Below are positions 48,886 to 59,064 of a DNA stretch of 64,000 nucleotides, piece by piece. The notes beneath the pieces were generated by a model. It had not been told where the DNA came from. It searched no databases and was given only the letters and a program-made list of their open reading frames with translations. Numbering within the stretch: the first letter of the stretch is position 1; each line of letters begins with the position of its first letter. The stretch is taken from the IMG/VR virus record IMGVR_UViG_3300005581_000008, positions 2,862 through 66,861 of that record, one strand, 5' to 3'. Made by a program: the position numbers and the translations under genes. This DNA comes from a virus.

Positions 48886-51630
48886 TTAAGCGGTAAAGGT
48901 TTCTGTTAAACCTTCACTGTATTCTTGTGAATAATAATCTTGTCCTTGGTAAGAATTCATCCAAATTTGGCCAAGAGTTGTTGTTGGATTAGCTAAGTTT
49001 TCTGGGTCTATAGTAACCCCATCATTAATCAGATGTCCAGCATAACTGTTAACAACCTGTTTACCAAGATATTTATCTGTGCTTATAGCAGGCATTTCAG
49101 TTATAATGGAAGTATCTGCTAATAATTTGGTAATATCAAAGTTTGATATTACCTCAGATATGCCACTATAGGTTTCGCTAATATTTTTACCAGTATTAAA
49201 AGTAGCATCTGAATCTGTCATAGAAACAGATTCAGTGGTAAATCCTGCGCTTGAGCCAGCAGGTAAAACTTTAGTGAATTGGTGAGTCAAAGCATCAGTG
49301 GGAGAAACACTTTCTGTGGATAAAGTTACTCCATCATTAAGAATGTGCCCAAGGAAACTATTAGCATCTTGCGCACCAAATCTCTTGGTTGCCGTTTTAA
49401 AAACTAATTCTCCACTAGTAACATCAATTGCATCTACAAACCCCTTAGTTAGAGTCCAATAAATTCCATTTATCTGATTTCCAGAAATATCATATTCCTT
49501 ACCATCCAAGATAAGAAATTCGTCTTCCAATCCAATACCCATAGATTTAACTAAAGATTCTAACTGAACGCTAAGGTCAAAATCATTGGTGATATTAAAC
49601 TCTCCAAAAAGAGCCATACCAGCTGGATGCAACATAGTTTTAACTGCTGATTTATATGATGCTAGTCTCTCATCAATTTTAATAACATAAGAGAACGCTT
49701 GATAGAATTTACTATCTTGGATAAACATCGAGTCGGATAAGAATCCATTGTTTGTTTCATAGTATCCTGGATATCTAACTAAAGCACCCAGTTTAACATA
49801 AATTACAGATGGGTCATCAGAAAATGTTTGAGCATTTGCAGCAGACAGTGAGAATTCACGAAGAACAGTACCAACATAGCTACCATCTACATATGGAGCA
49901 AACACATCATATGTTCCTCCGCTTACTGCTACTGAAGAATTAGTTCTTAATGTTAAAGATGTATTTGAAGCAATAGCAGAAACTATTCCAAGCTGAACAC
50001 CAGAAGAGTTTTTAATTATATCATTAATTTTTATCTGAGTAGTAAATGATGTTCCAACACCAGTAATAGTAACACTAGATGTAGAAGCAGTAATCGTGCC
50101 TGTACCAAACCCTTGACTAGAATAGTAATTAAAATAATCACTAGAGTTAATATAACCTTGTTCGTTAAAACCATCGGTGTAATCAGAAATGGTTGGTCTG
50201 TTAGTATATGACTGGGCTGTTCCTCCAGCGTTACCAAGAAATAAACTACCAACTAAACGAATGTTTCTAAATGTGTATGATTGAGCAGTATAAGCACTAC
50301 TAATGCTAGTTCCAGGTTCATACGAAGATGGTAATGAGGCTAGAGTAAGAGAAGTATTACTTTCAATACTTTTAACCACTCCAATTAATAATGGTGTAGT
50401 ATTTGTAGTCCAAATCTCATCACCAACAGCCACACCACCTGATTGTCCAAAAGTCGTACTGACTCCAGTAACAGTTAAACTAGATGGAGATGCAGTAATA
50501 GTTCCAGATGTAGTTGAAGAATAAGTTTCCGATTTAAGTAATGTGGCAGTTCCTGCCGAAGCAACGACCCCAGCAGCAATAACATCGTTTGATGCGAGAA
50601 TAGAAAGAGCAAAGTCAGAGTTATAACCTAAGCCGAATCGAATTAACTCTGCATATTTGATACCACCAAACTCTGTGGTGGCAGTAACTTTCATTAAAGC
50701 ACCAGTACCAGCACCAGATTTTAATTCAAAAACCTGCCCCAATCTAAAGTATTTTCCAGGTTGAGATATAGAGATAGTTTGAGTTGCTGGTAATATTTTA
50801 GCTTGGAAAGTATCTTTAAATTTTATTAAATCGCCAGCATTAATTTTACCAAAGAATCTTTTATCTAAAAAGAACTCGTATAATTCGTTAGAGAAAATTA
50901 AAGCAGTATTTACAACACCAGTAGTAGCCTTTGTTAAAGTTACTATGTTGCCTACAACTGAAACTACTTTACTGCCATCAAATATATTATTTCCTGTGAC
51001 GAGTTGACCAACTTCAATACCCACAGCTGTAGAAACTGTTATAGTGGTTGAATTTGATGCACCTGTGGCAGTTATCTCATATGATTTGCCGATTTTAACA
51101 ATTCTATCAACTTCACCAATTAGTTGTTCTTTCTTGTCTACAAGAACACGAAGAATTCTTCCTGCTGTTTGAATATCAACTAATTTCCCGACAATATCAT
51201 CTGGGTCGCCATAATCTACCTGAGCAAAAATTGAAATTTCTTGGTTCCATCTACCATCAGATGCTCTAAGCATTGATTGGTTTGGATATGTTAATTCTAC
51301 TTGTTTACCATACAATAATTTGAATAGTAACTTATAAGATGCAGCAGACCCTTTAGATAGATACTGATCTCTTATATGAGAAAGTAAAAATCTTTCGTCT
51401 TCAACTACCAGTGGAAGATTATAGGCTAATTCTTTTTTAAATTGTACTATAAAATCTTCTAGGGTAATATCAATATCTCTAATATTACTTAAATCTACAC
51501 CTTGTGTTTTCAAGTAATCATAGTAGGCTTCAACGAAAGCTACAAATGTTGGGTAGTCCTCCCTGATAAATTCAGGGAGTTGACTTCTAACTACTGACGA
51601 CAGTGGTGTTCTAACAGGATTTGTATGCAT
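48886..51630 (-). CDS. Baseplate wedge protein (gp7-like)
   Basis: QLPEFIREDYPTFVAFVEAYY, SKGS, IQDSKFYQAFSYVIK, LHPAGM; adjacent to gp6. Confidence 0.75.
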   Translation of the reverse strand: MHTNPVRTPLSSVVRSQLPEFIREDYPTFVAFVEAYYDYLKTQGVDLSNIRDIDITLEDFIVQFKKELAYNLPLVVEDERFLLSHIRDQYLSKGSAASYKLLFKLLYGKQVELTYPNQSMLRASDGRWNQEISIFAQVDYGDPDDIVGKLVDIQTAGRILRVLVDKKEQLIGEVDRIVKIGKSYEITATGASNSTTITVSTAVGIEVGQLVTGNNIFDGSKVVSVVGNIVTLTKATTGVVNTALIFSNELYEFFLDKRFFGKINAGDLIKFKDTFQAKILPATQTISISQPGKYFRLGQVFELKSGAGTGALMKVTATTEFGGIKYAELIRFGLGYNSDFALSILASNDVIAAGVVASAGTATLLKSETYSSTTSGTITASPSSLTVTGVSTTFGQSGGVAVGDEIWTTNTTPLLIGVVKSIESNTSLTLASLPSSYEPGTSISSAYTAQSYTFRNIRLVGSLFLGNAGGTAQSYTNRPTISDYTDGFNEQGYINSSDYFNYYSSQGFGTGTITASTSSVTITGVGTSFTTQIKINDIIKNSSGVQLGIVSAIASNTSLTLRTNSSVAVSGGTYDVFAPYVDGSYVGTVLREFSLSAANAQTFSDDPSVIYVKLGALVRYPGYYETNNGFLSDSMFIQDSKFYQAFSYVIKIDERLASYKSAVKTMLHPAGMALFGEFNITNDFDLSVQLESLVKSMGIGLEDEFLILDGKEYDISGNQINGIYWTLTKGFVDAIDVTSGELVFKTATKRFGAQDANSFLGHILNDGVTLSTESVSPTDALTHQFTKVLPAGSSAGFTTESVSMTDSDATFNTGKNISETYSGISEVISNFDITKLLADTSIITEMPAISTDKYLGKQVVNSYAGHLINDGVTIDPENLANPTTTLGQIWMNSYQGQDYYSQEYSEGLTETFTA

Positions 51631-53465
51631 TATGATCTAATAGAATTAAACTGGTAGTTGTAACCTGCTTGTAGGTCACCATTTGCGGTTTCGTCTGCAA
51701 TTGCTTCAACAGTAATATATTCTGGATCAATCTGTACGATTTGATTTAGGGCAGAGACCACATCATATGATTCTGGTTTAACTTGCCATTCAAACACGGC
51801 TCCATCCAACGCAGTAATAATTAAATTTCTAACTACAATTCTACCTAAATCGTAATTGATAGTTCCAATTGTAGCGTTTACAATAACTTTTTCAAAGTTA
51901 GTATTGTAGTAGTATAAACGAATATTACCCTTAGCATCATCATCTAAAAAGTGGACTAGAGTGCTATTTGGAACAAAGAATCCAGTTGTTCCGAACACCT
52001 CACCTTGTTTACCACCATCTTGAGAAATTGGATTAATCAAATCAATAACATATTGTGCCGATACATTGTACTCAACATCATGTGGGTGACGGATCATTAT
52101 ACGAGTAATATTATTAACGATTGCTGGATCTGCCTGATCAATAATTCTAGTTAATTTAGAATAACGAAGAACTGAATCAAACCTTTCTAAATCATCATCA
52201 TTAAATTTCATAATGGCTTCTTTTACTAGCGTTTCAATTTGTTTAGCAGATTTAGTAGTTGTTCTTGGGTTGTAGTGAACAAATGTAGTAACTTTAATAT
52301 TAAAAACTTCTGGATCAACAATCTCTGGTGTGATAGAAACTACATTTCTAGAAGCTAAAATATTGTTTCTTACAAATTCTTTTTGCAGGTTAGTTAATTT
52401 AGATGCTTCTTTTGGTTTAATACAAATAAATGTTTTTCCAAAAACTGGAGGATCATTATCCTCGCCACCCCATACAGAAACAGTTTGTGCCTCAGGCAAC
52501 AATTTTAAAATAATAGCTTTATAATCATCTGGGGTAACTGCACGATTTTGAGCAGCATAGTATTTTGGTGCATTAAATTTAATTTCATCGATAGTTTCTG
52601 GTGATGCTCCACCACTTGCAATATCTATAGGGATAACAGATAAGTTACTTCCAGCAATAACAGCCCCTGCATATGTGAAGGAAGAAGCAGTATTAGGTGC
52701 TTCTAAACTAGAGACCATGTAATCTAAAGTAACTACATTACCAGAAGATAATGCTTTACCCAAATTGTTATTACCAAATGTTATCTCATAAAGACCATCA
52801 TCGATTTCTTTAAGGAAATAACAATTAGTGATTTCTGTAACCTCAGTTAATACCTCTGCTCTAGTAAACACTTGATACACATCTGAAGAAGCAGACTCTT
52901 GTACGCTAACAGTTAATGTATCTAAATCTGCATTGGCATTCGGAACGATATAGCGAACACCAGCAGCAACAGTATATTTGTATTGGAGTGGTGTACCTTC
53001 TGTAAGAACCAGATTACTAAAAGTATAGTTACCTGCTGTATTAAGAGCAACAGTAACAGCAGATCTGTTATAGAAAATATATGTTACATTATCAATAGAA
53101 GTTGTGAACTGTTGCATTCTAGGAATAGTAACAGTAGATGGAGTGCTGGTTGGAGATGCCACAGTAGCATTAACAGTTGCTGAAGAACACTTGGCTGATC
53201 TTGGAATATATCCAAGCATTTTAGCAAGAGAAACTACAGATGCTCGTTTGCTGGCAGAATCTAAGAATACTTCATTAACAGCTAGGTTAGTATAGATACC
53301 ATTATAATGAGTATTGTAGGCTAAAACATCTAAGAGAACAGAAAGACCAGATCCTTCAAAATCGTAATCTTGAAATTCTGTTTGTCCCTTTAAAAAGTTC
53401 TTTAAATTAGTTTTAATAGTATCAAAGTCTAACTCTGATACTGATATTCTTTTATTGTTTGCCAT
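51630..53465 (-). CDS. gp6: Baseplate wedge subunit
   Basis: ELDFDTIK, DYDFEGS, LAYNTHY, QNRAVTPDDY, WGGED. Confidence 0.95.
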   Translation of the reverse strand: MANNKRISVSELDFDTIKTNLKNFLKGQTEFQDYDFEGSGLSVLLDVLAYNTHYNGIYTNLAVNEVFLDSASKRASVVSLAKMLGYIPRSAKCSSATVNATVASPTSTPSTVTIPRMQQFTTSIDNVTYIFYNRSAVTVALNTAGNYTFSNLVLTEGTPLQYKYTVAAGVRYIVPNANADLDTLTVSVQESASSDVYQVFTRAEVLTEVTEITNCYFLKEIDDGLYEITFGNNNLGKALSSGNVVTLDYMVSSLEAPNTASSFTYAGAVIAGSNLSVIPIDIASGGASPETIDEIKFNAPKYYAAQNRAVTPDDYKAIILKLLPEAQTVSVWGGEDNDPPVFGKTFICIKPKEASKLTNLQKEFVRNNILASRNVVSITPEIVDPEVFNIKVTTFVHYNPRTTTKSAKQIETLVKEAIMKFNDDDLERFDSVLRYSKLTRIIDQADPAIVNNITRIMIRHPHDVEYNVSAQYVIDLINPISQDGGKQGEVFGTTGFFVPNSTLVHFLDDDAKGNIRLYYYNTNFEKVIVNATIGTINYDLGRIVVRNLIITALDGAVFEWQVKPESYDVVSALNQIVQIDPEYITVEAIADETANGDLQAGYNYQFNSIRS

Positions 53466-53858
53466 TTATCGGGTTCTCTCTAATGCTAGATCGAGAGTTA
53501 TTGGTCTCTCGGTATTGATTATTTTAAATTCTAGTGATACATATACCTCATTGGCATCGATAGAGTCATTAACTTTAACATCTATTATTTCTACTCTTGG
53601 TTCAAAGTTATTAATGACATCTATAATCGCTCTCTGTAACATAATAGTAAACATTGGTCCAGGAAGTTCAAAGAGCAATCCTCTAATCGGTGAGCCAATC
53701 TCGCTATGGAATGGTCTTTCATAGTTTCTGGTCAACAGTAAATTTTTAATAGACTGTTTGATAGCATTGTCGTCGTATCTGCGTGAAATATCCTTAGTTA
53801 CTGGGTGAGCAGTAAAATTAAGGTCGAGATCGGAAAAGATTCTTGTATTTCTTGACAT
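53466..53858 (-). CDS. gp25: Baseplate wedge subunit
   Basis: DLDLNF, AIKQSIKNLLLT, ERPF, FEPRV. Confidence 0.93.
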   Translation of the reverse strand: MSRNTRIFSDLDLNFTAHPVTKDISRRYDDNAIKQSIKNLLLTRNYERPFHSEIGSPIRGLLFELPGPMFTIMLQRAIIDVINNFEPRVEIIDVKVNDSIDANEVYVSLEFKIINTERPITLDLALERTR

Positions 53859-53863
53859 ATTAT

Positions 53864-53870
53864 TATTTAG
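53864..53870 (-). promoter_or_regulatory. Late promoter (CTAAATA) 5 nt before the gp25 ATG
   Basis: Sits in a 14-nt gap; no Shine-Dalgarno between the motif and the ATG. Confidence 0.55.
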
Positions 53871-53872
53871 GT

Positions 53873-54175
53873 TTATTCTATGAATGAGTTGGTCGAACCT
53901 TCAGCTATTGCATCTCCGCACTGGATATTATCACCGATCCTAGCTGCTTTTTTACCTTCGATATATGTTTTACTGGCTCCACTACTAGGAATACGAATAT
54001 CTGAATTGTGTGTAGTTATACCACAAGTATGCGCAGCAAATTTACAATTAGAATCAACTACTGCAGCTAGTTTCCCATTAAAGAAAGTCTTAGCCACAGG
54101 TGTAGTTATTAAGTTGGTTGGAGCGAAACAACCATGCCCTGTGGACATGTCACCTAGTCTACTTACTGCTGGCAT
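53873..54175 (-). CDS. PAAR-domain spike tip protein (gp5.4-like)
   Basis: RLGDMSTGHGC, H/C metal ligands, KAARIGD...CG; lies between gp5 and gp25. Confidence 0.88.
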   Translation of the reverse strand: MPAVSRLGDMSTGHGCFAPTNLITTPVAKTFFNGKLAAVVDSNCKFAAHTCGITTHNSDIRIPSSGASKTYIEGKKAARIGDNIQCGDAIAEGSTNSFIE

Positions 54176-54689
54176 ATGACACCAATTCTTTTAAATTTAA
54201 CATTCCTGGAGTCCAGTTTAGGTCTTGGGCTAGTATAGTATAAGTTTGAGAAGCTACTACGGTATTTGGAACTAAAGGGTCATATGCTTCTGCAAGATAA
54301 GTGAATGTTCGACTTCTTGTAGTATCAGCTTTAAATGAAATAACCTGATATACATTGGATCTACTAACAGCGTCAAATACTCCAGCGTTTTCTCCAAGAG
54401 TCGTTATGGTAGTAAAAGATCCGTCCTCTGCTCTAGTAGTAAGACTATCATTAAAAATACCTTTATAATATCCACTAACAGTTCCAGGATTTCCAGCAGC
54501 AAATGTTATACTGTTTGGATTAGTTTCTTGAGGAATTATACGAACATTATAGTATGTAGGTGCGCCAGCCTCAACTGGTGGAATTGCAAGAGGATCTCCT
54601 GCAGCACCCTCAACATAATATTGTACTGTATGGCTAAAGGAAGCCAGTTCAGCATGAGTACCTAGTAGTGTTTCAGTTGGAACCCACAT
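54159..54689 (-). CDS. Hypothetical protein (gp5.1 position)
   Basis: Coupled to gp5 by a TAATG overlap and overlaps the PAAR gene. Confidence 0.65.
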   Translation of the reverse strand: MWVPTETLLGTHAELASFSHTVQYYVEGAAGDPLAIPPVEAGAPTYYNVRIIPQETNPNSITFAAGNPGTVSGYYKGIFNDSLTTRAEDGSFTTITTLGENAGVFDAVSRSNVYQVISFKADTTRSRTFTYLAEAYDPLVPNTVVASQTYTILAQDLNWTPGMLNLKELVSYASSK

Positions 54690-57600
54690 TATGCAGGTTT
54701 CTTATGTGGAGGACAAGTTGCCAATAAAACAAAGCCTTTGCCTCTAAATGCTTGGGCATCATGATTTACCATTGTGAACGCTTGTTTTTTTCTACCTTTC
54801 ATTTTGTAAGAACAGTGAATCCAGTTTTCAAACGGATGATTATACTCAAGTATAAGCTGGTCATATGGAACAACCTTTTCTAGCTTGACACAATACTCAT
54901 ATGTTTTATCAAATTTAGGAGCAAGCATAATTCCAATGTCAACAGCGCATCCCTTTGGATGATCCGATGACTTAGATTCATTTTTAACAACACCTCTTAA
55001 ACGATATCCAGAATTAATCTTCCATTGTTTTTTATACCCACCAATACCACCTGGAAGAACATCAAGCGCAGGTTCCAATACATTCTGAGCAAGCATAGCC
55101 ATATTACAAATAATTTCTTGAACTTTGTATAATCTTTCTGGTCCGTCCTTAGTTTCTCTTAACATTTGATCAACTAATTTATGGTTGCCAGTTGTACCAC
55201 CATCGATTAGCATACCAAGAGTAAAGTTTTTCGATAGACGGAAGTCATCAGTAAAGTTTGTAGTACCGTAAATAATTTTGCAGTCTACAGGAACTTCTTT
55301 AGCGTTTGCAGATGGTTTAGTTATTGGAGTGGCATCTACTCCAAGCGGTGGAGGAGCATTAACAACACCTTCAGTTCTAGCGGTTTGATGTGTTGCTGCT
55401 CTACCTTCTGGTGTTTCTGCAATATCAGGTGTTTCAACTACTGCTTTATCTTCAAATTGTCTTTGTGGTGGAACAGTATAAGGAACAACTGCATTAAACG
55501 GAGAACCTTTTGCTGGTGGAGTTAATGCAACATTTTCTACAGCTGTAGCTGCAGCTGCTCCATTACCAAATTGCCCCTCAGAATAATCCATACTGGTTTT
55601 TCCGCCAGAAAGATAATTCGCAGCACCTTCGGATTGTACATTAACTGTAGATCCTTTAAGACTTAACGCAGAAACTGCTTGCATATTAAATGCTGCTTGA
55701 GATTTAACATTGACACTACCAGCATCAATACTTAAAGCACCCACAACTTTAACCTTCATATCATTACCAACTGCTAATGTTAAATCACCAGCAATACCAA
55801 TATCAGCATTAGTACCAACTCTCACTGTTGCATTATTTTCAACATGAATATTCGCATCTGTTCTTGCATAAATGTTTGTATTACCTTCTACAGTAATATT
55901 TAATTCACCATCTACGCTGACGCAACCATTTCTTTCCATGATGATAAAATTATCACCAACAATATAATTAACTTGCGTTCCAGTAGGATCAATTTCAGTG
56001 AATGTACCAGAGCGGTGATAAGTATGAATTCTTTCATATCCTGGGGTATCATCAAACTCTTGAATATGCCCAGACTCAGTCTCAAGAACTTTATTGTATG
56101 GATACTGTGCGCCATATGTTGATAATGGTTGATCCCAAGATCCTAGGTCAAGTGCTTTCGGAACAGTTAATTTACGAATCACATCTTTTTTATTAACAAC
56201 AGTACCATCAATAATACCACGAGCTAATCTATTTGTATCTGGTTCACCAATATAAGCTAATAGTGGATATTTGTTATTTGGGTCTCTAAATCCAGTATTA
56301 ATAGAACCAGATTTTATACTCTCATCCGATGGTCTTGGTGTTGGATCTTTAGTGTCTTTTGGAGGTTGTGGCACTGGTGCACCAGCACTTTTTTCAGTTC
56401 CACCTTCTGCAACTGCTCCATAAAAATATTCATAGTATGTTTTTTTAAGTTCAGCAATATCAGGAGAGTTAACACCCACACCTTTTTTTGCTGCATAAAA
56501 ATAATCAGGATGTTTTGAAGGAGGAACACCCTTGGATGTTCGATCTTTAATATAAAGAGCAGCAATTACTGCACCGACATTGATGTCATCGCCAAGAGAA
56601 TCTGGATTGTTAACAAGATCAATTTTAATTCCATATGCTAATGCTTGCTGTTGGTACTTGGTATAGTTCGCACGACCAGTTAATTGAATAAAACCTCTAC
56701 CGTAATATTTTCCACCATCAGCATCATTTAGGTTTCCTAACTGGTTTGACATACCTCTTTTTGTAGTGCCATAAGCCCATGAGAAGAATTGTTCTCGTGT
56801 GATACCTTTTTTGGTAGCGTTTGAATATTTTGCAACATCATCTGGTGTGGCAAAAGAAAAGATTTCCTTTAACCTTTTTTCATCATAATTAAAAAATTCT
56901 TTTCGTTGAATCCATCTAGACTCACCGCCAGCAATAGCAAGGATAGAACACTTTTGTTCTTTAGTTGTCAATCCAACTTTGTCACATGCAGCGATAATGG
57001 CTTTAATACCTGCCGTAGAAAGTGCTACATTATCTGAAGATTTTTTAGGTGGTACTGTTGGAATTACATCATTGGTTGATGAAGATTTAACAGGTGATGC
57101 TATGGCTGATCCAGTAGTGACTGGTGTTCCATCTCCAGATCTAACTATTGTGCCGTCACCAGTTCTTAGTGCAGTATCATATACTTTACTTTCAGCAACT
57201 GCAGATAAATTAGTTGGTGCTGCTTCGAACGATATAATATTTTCTTCAAGTTTAATAACTGGTTTACTAATAGTTATTTTTGTTCCACTATCGATTGACA
57301 CAATAGTAGAGTCAGAAGGAATACCAAAACCTATCACCTTCATGTTAGGTTTTAGTTGTGTTGTTAAATTATTTGATCCATTTTCTGGATCAAAGAAAGT
57401 TAATTGTTTACCATTAGTTGGTCCAGGAACAGTTCTTAATTTTAGATCTGTAAGTTTAACGGAAGCAGTAATAGATCCATTATCATCTGCGTCAACAGGT
57501 AAGGGTGAACTTGGAATACCACCAAGTGTTCCTAAAAGAATGGGTTGTTGTTTATCATCATCAGCAAATATAATAATAACCGATGTGCCTTCAACTGGAC

Positions 57601-57787
57601 CAACAGGAGATTGTCCAATTCCATTCATCGCTGCAGAAGTAACTGGCTGAACGGGAACTGCCCATGGAAGATCTGCTGTAGGTAGCTGAGATTTATCGTG
57701 AGTGTGCAATCCTACAACTCTGACTTGACATCGCCCAAGTCTTAGTGGATCACTTCTATTTTCTACGACACCATAGTAAAAATTCAT
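54689..57787 (-). CDS. gp5: Baseplate central spike with GH19-like glycosidase and C-terminal M15-like peptidase
   Basis: OB-fold GVVENRSDPLRLGRCQVRV; YYGRGFIQLTGRANY; YPYNKVLETESGH...DDTPG; beta-helix repeats; INSGYR...SDHPKGCAVDI...WIHCS. Confidence 0.9.
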   Translation of the reverse strand: MNFYYGVVENRSDPLRLGRCQVRVVGLHTHDKSQLPTADLPWAVPVQPVTSAAMNGIGQSPVGPVEGTSVIIIFADDDKQQPILLGTLGGIPSSPLPVDADDNGSITASVKLTDLKLRTVPGPTNGKQLTFFDPENGSNNLTTQLKPNMKVIGFGIPSDSTIVSIDSGTKITISKPVIKLEENIISFEAAPTNLSAVAESKVYDTALRTGDGTIVRSGDGTPVTTGSAIASPVKSSSTNDVIPTVPPKKSSDNVALSTAGIKAIIAACDKVGLTTKEQKCSILAIAGGESRWIQRKEFFNYDEKRLKEIFSFATPDDVAKYSNATKKGITREQFFSWAYGTTKRGMSNQLGNLNDADGGKYYGRGFIQLTGRANYTKYQQQALAYGIKIDLVNNPDSLGDDINVGAVIAALYIKDRTSKGVPPSKHPDYFYAAKKGVGVNSPDIAELKKTYYEYFYGAVAEGGTEKSAGAPVPQPPKDTKDPTPRPSDESIKSGSINTGFRDPNNKYPLLAYIGEPDTNRLARGIIDGTVVNKKDVIRKLTVPKALDLGSWDQPLSTYGAQYPYNKVLETESGHIQEFDDTPGYERIHTYHRSGTFTEIDPTGTQVNYIVGDNFIIMERNGCVSVDGELNITVEGNTNIYARTDANIHVENNATVRVGTNADIGIAGDLTLAVGNDMKVKVVGALSIDAGSVNVKSQAAFNMQAVSALSLKGSTVNVQSEGAANYLSGGKTSMDYSEGQFGNGAAAATAVENVALTPPAKGSPFNAVVPYTVPPQRQFEDKAVVETPDIAETPEGRAATHQTARTEGVVNAPPPLGVDATPITKPSANAKEVPVDCKIIYGTTNFTDDFRLSKNFTLGMLIDGGTTGNHKLVDQMLRETKDGPERLYKVQEIICNMAMLAQNVLEPALDVLPGGIGGYKKQWKINSGYRLRGVVKNESKSSDHPKGCAVDIGIMLAPKFDKTYEYCVKLEKVVPYDQLILEYNHPFENWIHCSYKMKGRKKQAFTMVNHDAQAFRGKGFVLLATCPPHKKPA

Positions 57788-59064
57788 TATTTTGCCCTGT
57801 TCATATCAATCATTGATGATTCTTTAATAACTTCCATATAACACTCATGTTTTTCTCTATCAATGTAATGGTTTATTGCTGCGATAATATAATTACCTGA
57901 AAACATTTTATCTGTTGTATCTTTATCTGCTTTTGATAGTGGTTCAATTTTCTTAAGATCTAGAGCAATTTTCAACCCAACAGTATAATCACATCTTCCA
58001 GGAACTGTAATATTTAATTTATTAGCTTCCGACAATTTTAATAAAGATATTCTTTCCTGATTAGTCTTTGCATTTGTCACATCTTCAAAACCATTAAAAT
58101 TTCCATAATCTTTTGGAAAATTTATAATCCTTGAGTTAGCCCTAAAAATTGCACGATCTGAATTTATTGCATATTTATTAAGGTGTTTCTGTTTATCAAA
58201 TTTTTGAAACATATTATAATTTTTTGCAGAATATGTTTTCTTAACTACATCATATGATACTTGTCTAGAAGATAGCATTCCAGTTCTAATACGATCCATA
58301 TAATCGAACGCTACTGGAATGCTAATCTCAAGAATTCTTTTAAAGTCTTCTGTGGTATTTCTAACACTTCCACCACCTGGACGATCATCACGAGTATATT
58401 TGTCATATACAAATGACGCAAATGTTGCATTTGCATAAAGAGTTTCTAAAGTCATAAAATAGAATCCATCTCTGTTCTCAAAAAAGATATAGCTGGGTGA
58501 GCCATTTTTATTAACAGCTTGGGCAGCTAGATACTGAATATTCTCAACTGGACTCCAGTAATTTGAAATGTATTTTGTATTATTAGAAGTTTCTTCTACA
58601 TAGACCTTCTTAGTAGTTTCTAAACCATATGTTTTATCTGTTAAGAATGGTTTGATCAGTTTAGATATCTGGTCACCAAATACTTTGCTAAGTTTCTTAT
58701 TTAAATCTACTACTGCTTCTACAGAAATAAAATGTAATTGATATACTACTGATTTATCACCAGTCATCTCTCTACTGGTCATTTTGTAAATATAATATTT
58801 ACCTTTAATGTTATTTTCTTTTAAAGTGGGAGTACTAATTTCTAGTTCAAGAAATTCTTCACCAATAAATGGGAAAAGATTAACTAAGTCAATTGAGTCT
58901 TTAAGAATTAAACTGCCAGTAATAAATGGCGAAAATAAATCCTCATAGTATTGCACATTAATAACTTGTGCGCCAACATCTTGATAAAAACCCTTTGGGG
59001 TAATTATTCTAACTTTATCGATGCTGACATCGCCAGCAAATCGCAGTACTGAACTAGGTTTCAT
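57787..59064 (-). CDS. Baseplate hub protein (gp27-like)
   Basis: YEDLFSPFITGSL...D, YIFFENRDGFYF, FSGNYIIAAINH; located between gp53 and gp5. Confidence 0.7.
   Translation of the reverse strand: MKPSSVLRFAGDVSIDKVRIITPKGFYQDVGAQVINVQYYEDLFSPFITGSLILKDSIDLVNLFPFIGEEFLELEISTPTLKENNIKGKYYIYKMTSREMTGDKSVVYQLHFISVEAVVDLNKKLSKVFGDQISKLIKPFLTDKTYGLETTKKVYVEETSNNTKYISNYWSPVENIQYLAAQAVNKNGSPSYIFFENRDGFYFMTLETLYANATFASFVYDKYTRDDRPGGGSVRNTTEDFKRILEISIPVAFDYMDRIRTGMLSSRQVSYDVVKKTYSAKNYNMFQKFDKQKHLNKYAINSDRAIFRANSRIINFPKDYGNFNGFEDVTNAKTNQERISLLKLSEANKLNITVPGRCDYTVGLKIALDLKKIEPLSKADKDTTDKMFSGNYIIAAINHYIDREKHECYMEVIKESSMIDMNRAK

Noticed and set aside
1091-57650. Numerous plus-strand ORFs in the track antisense to structural genes (e.g. 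3325-3789, 27730-28176, 37397-37858, 56979-57650) and short nested out-of-frame minus-strand ORFs
   Set aside because: They are shadows of Thr/Gly/Ala-rich sense genes (Val/Pro/Ala-rich, no motifs) and largely or fully overlap well-supported CDSs.
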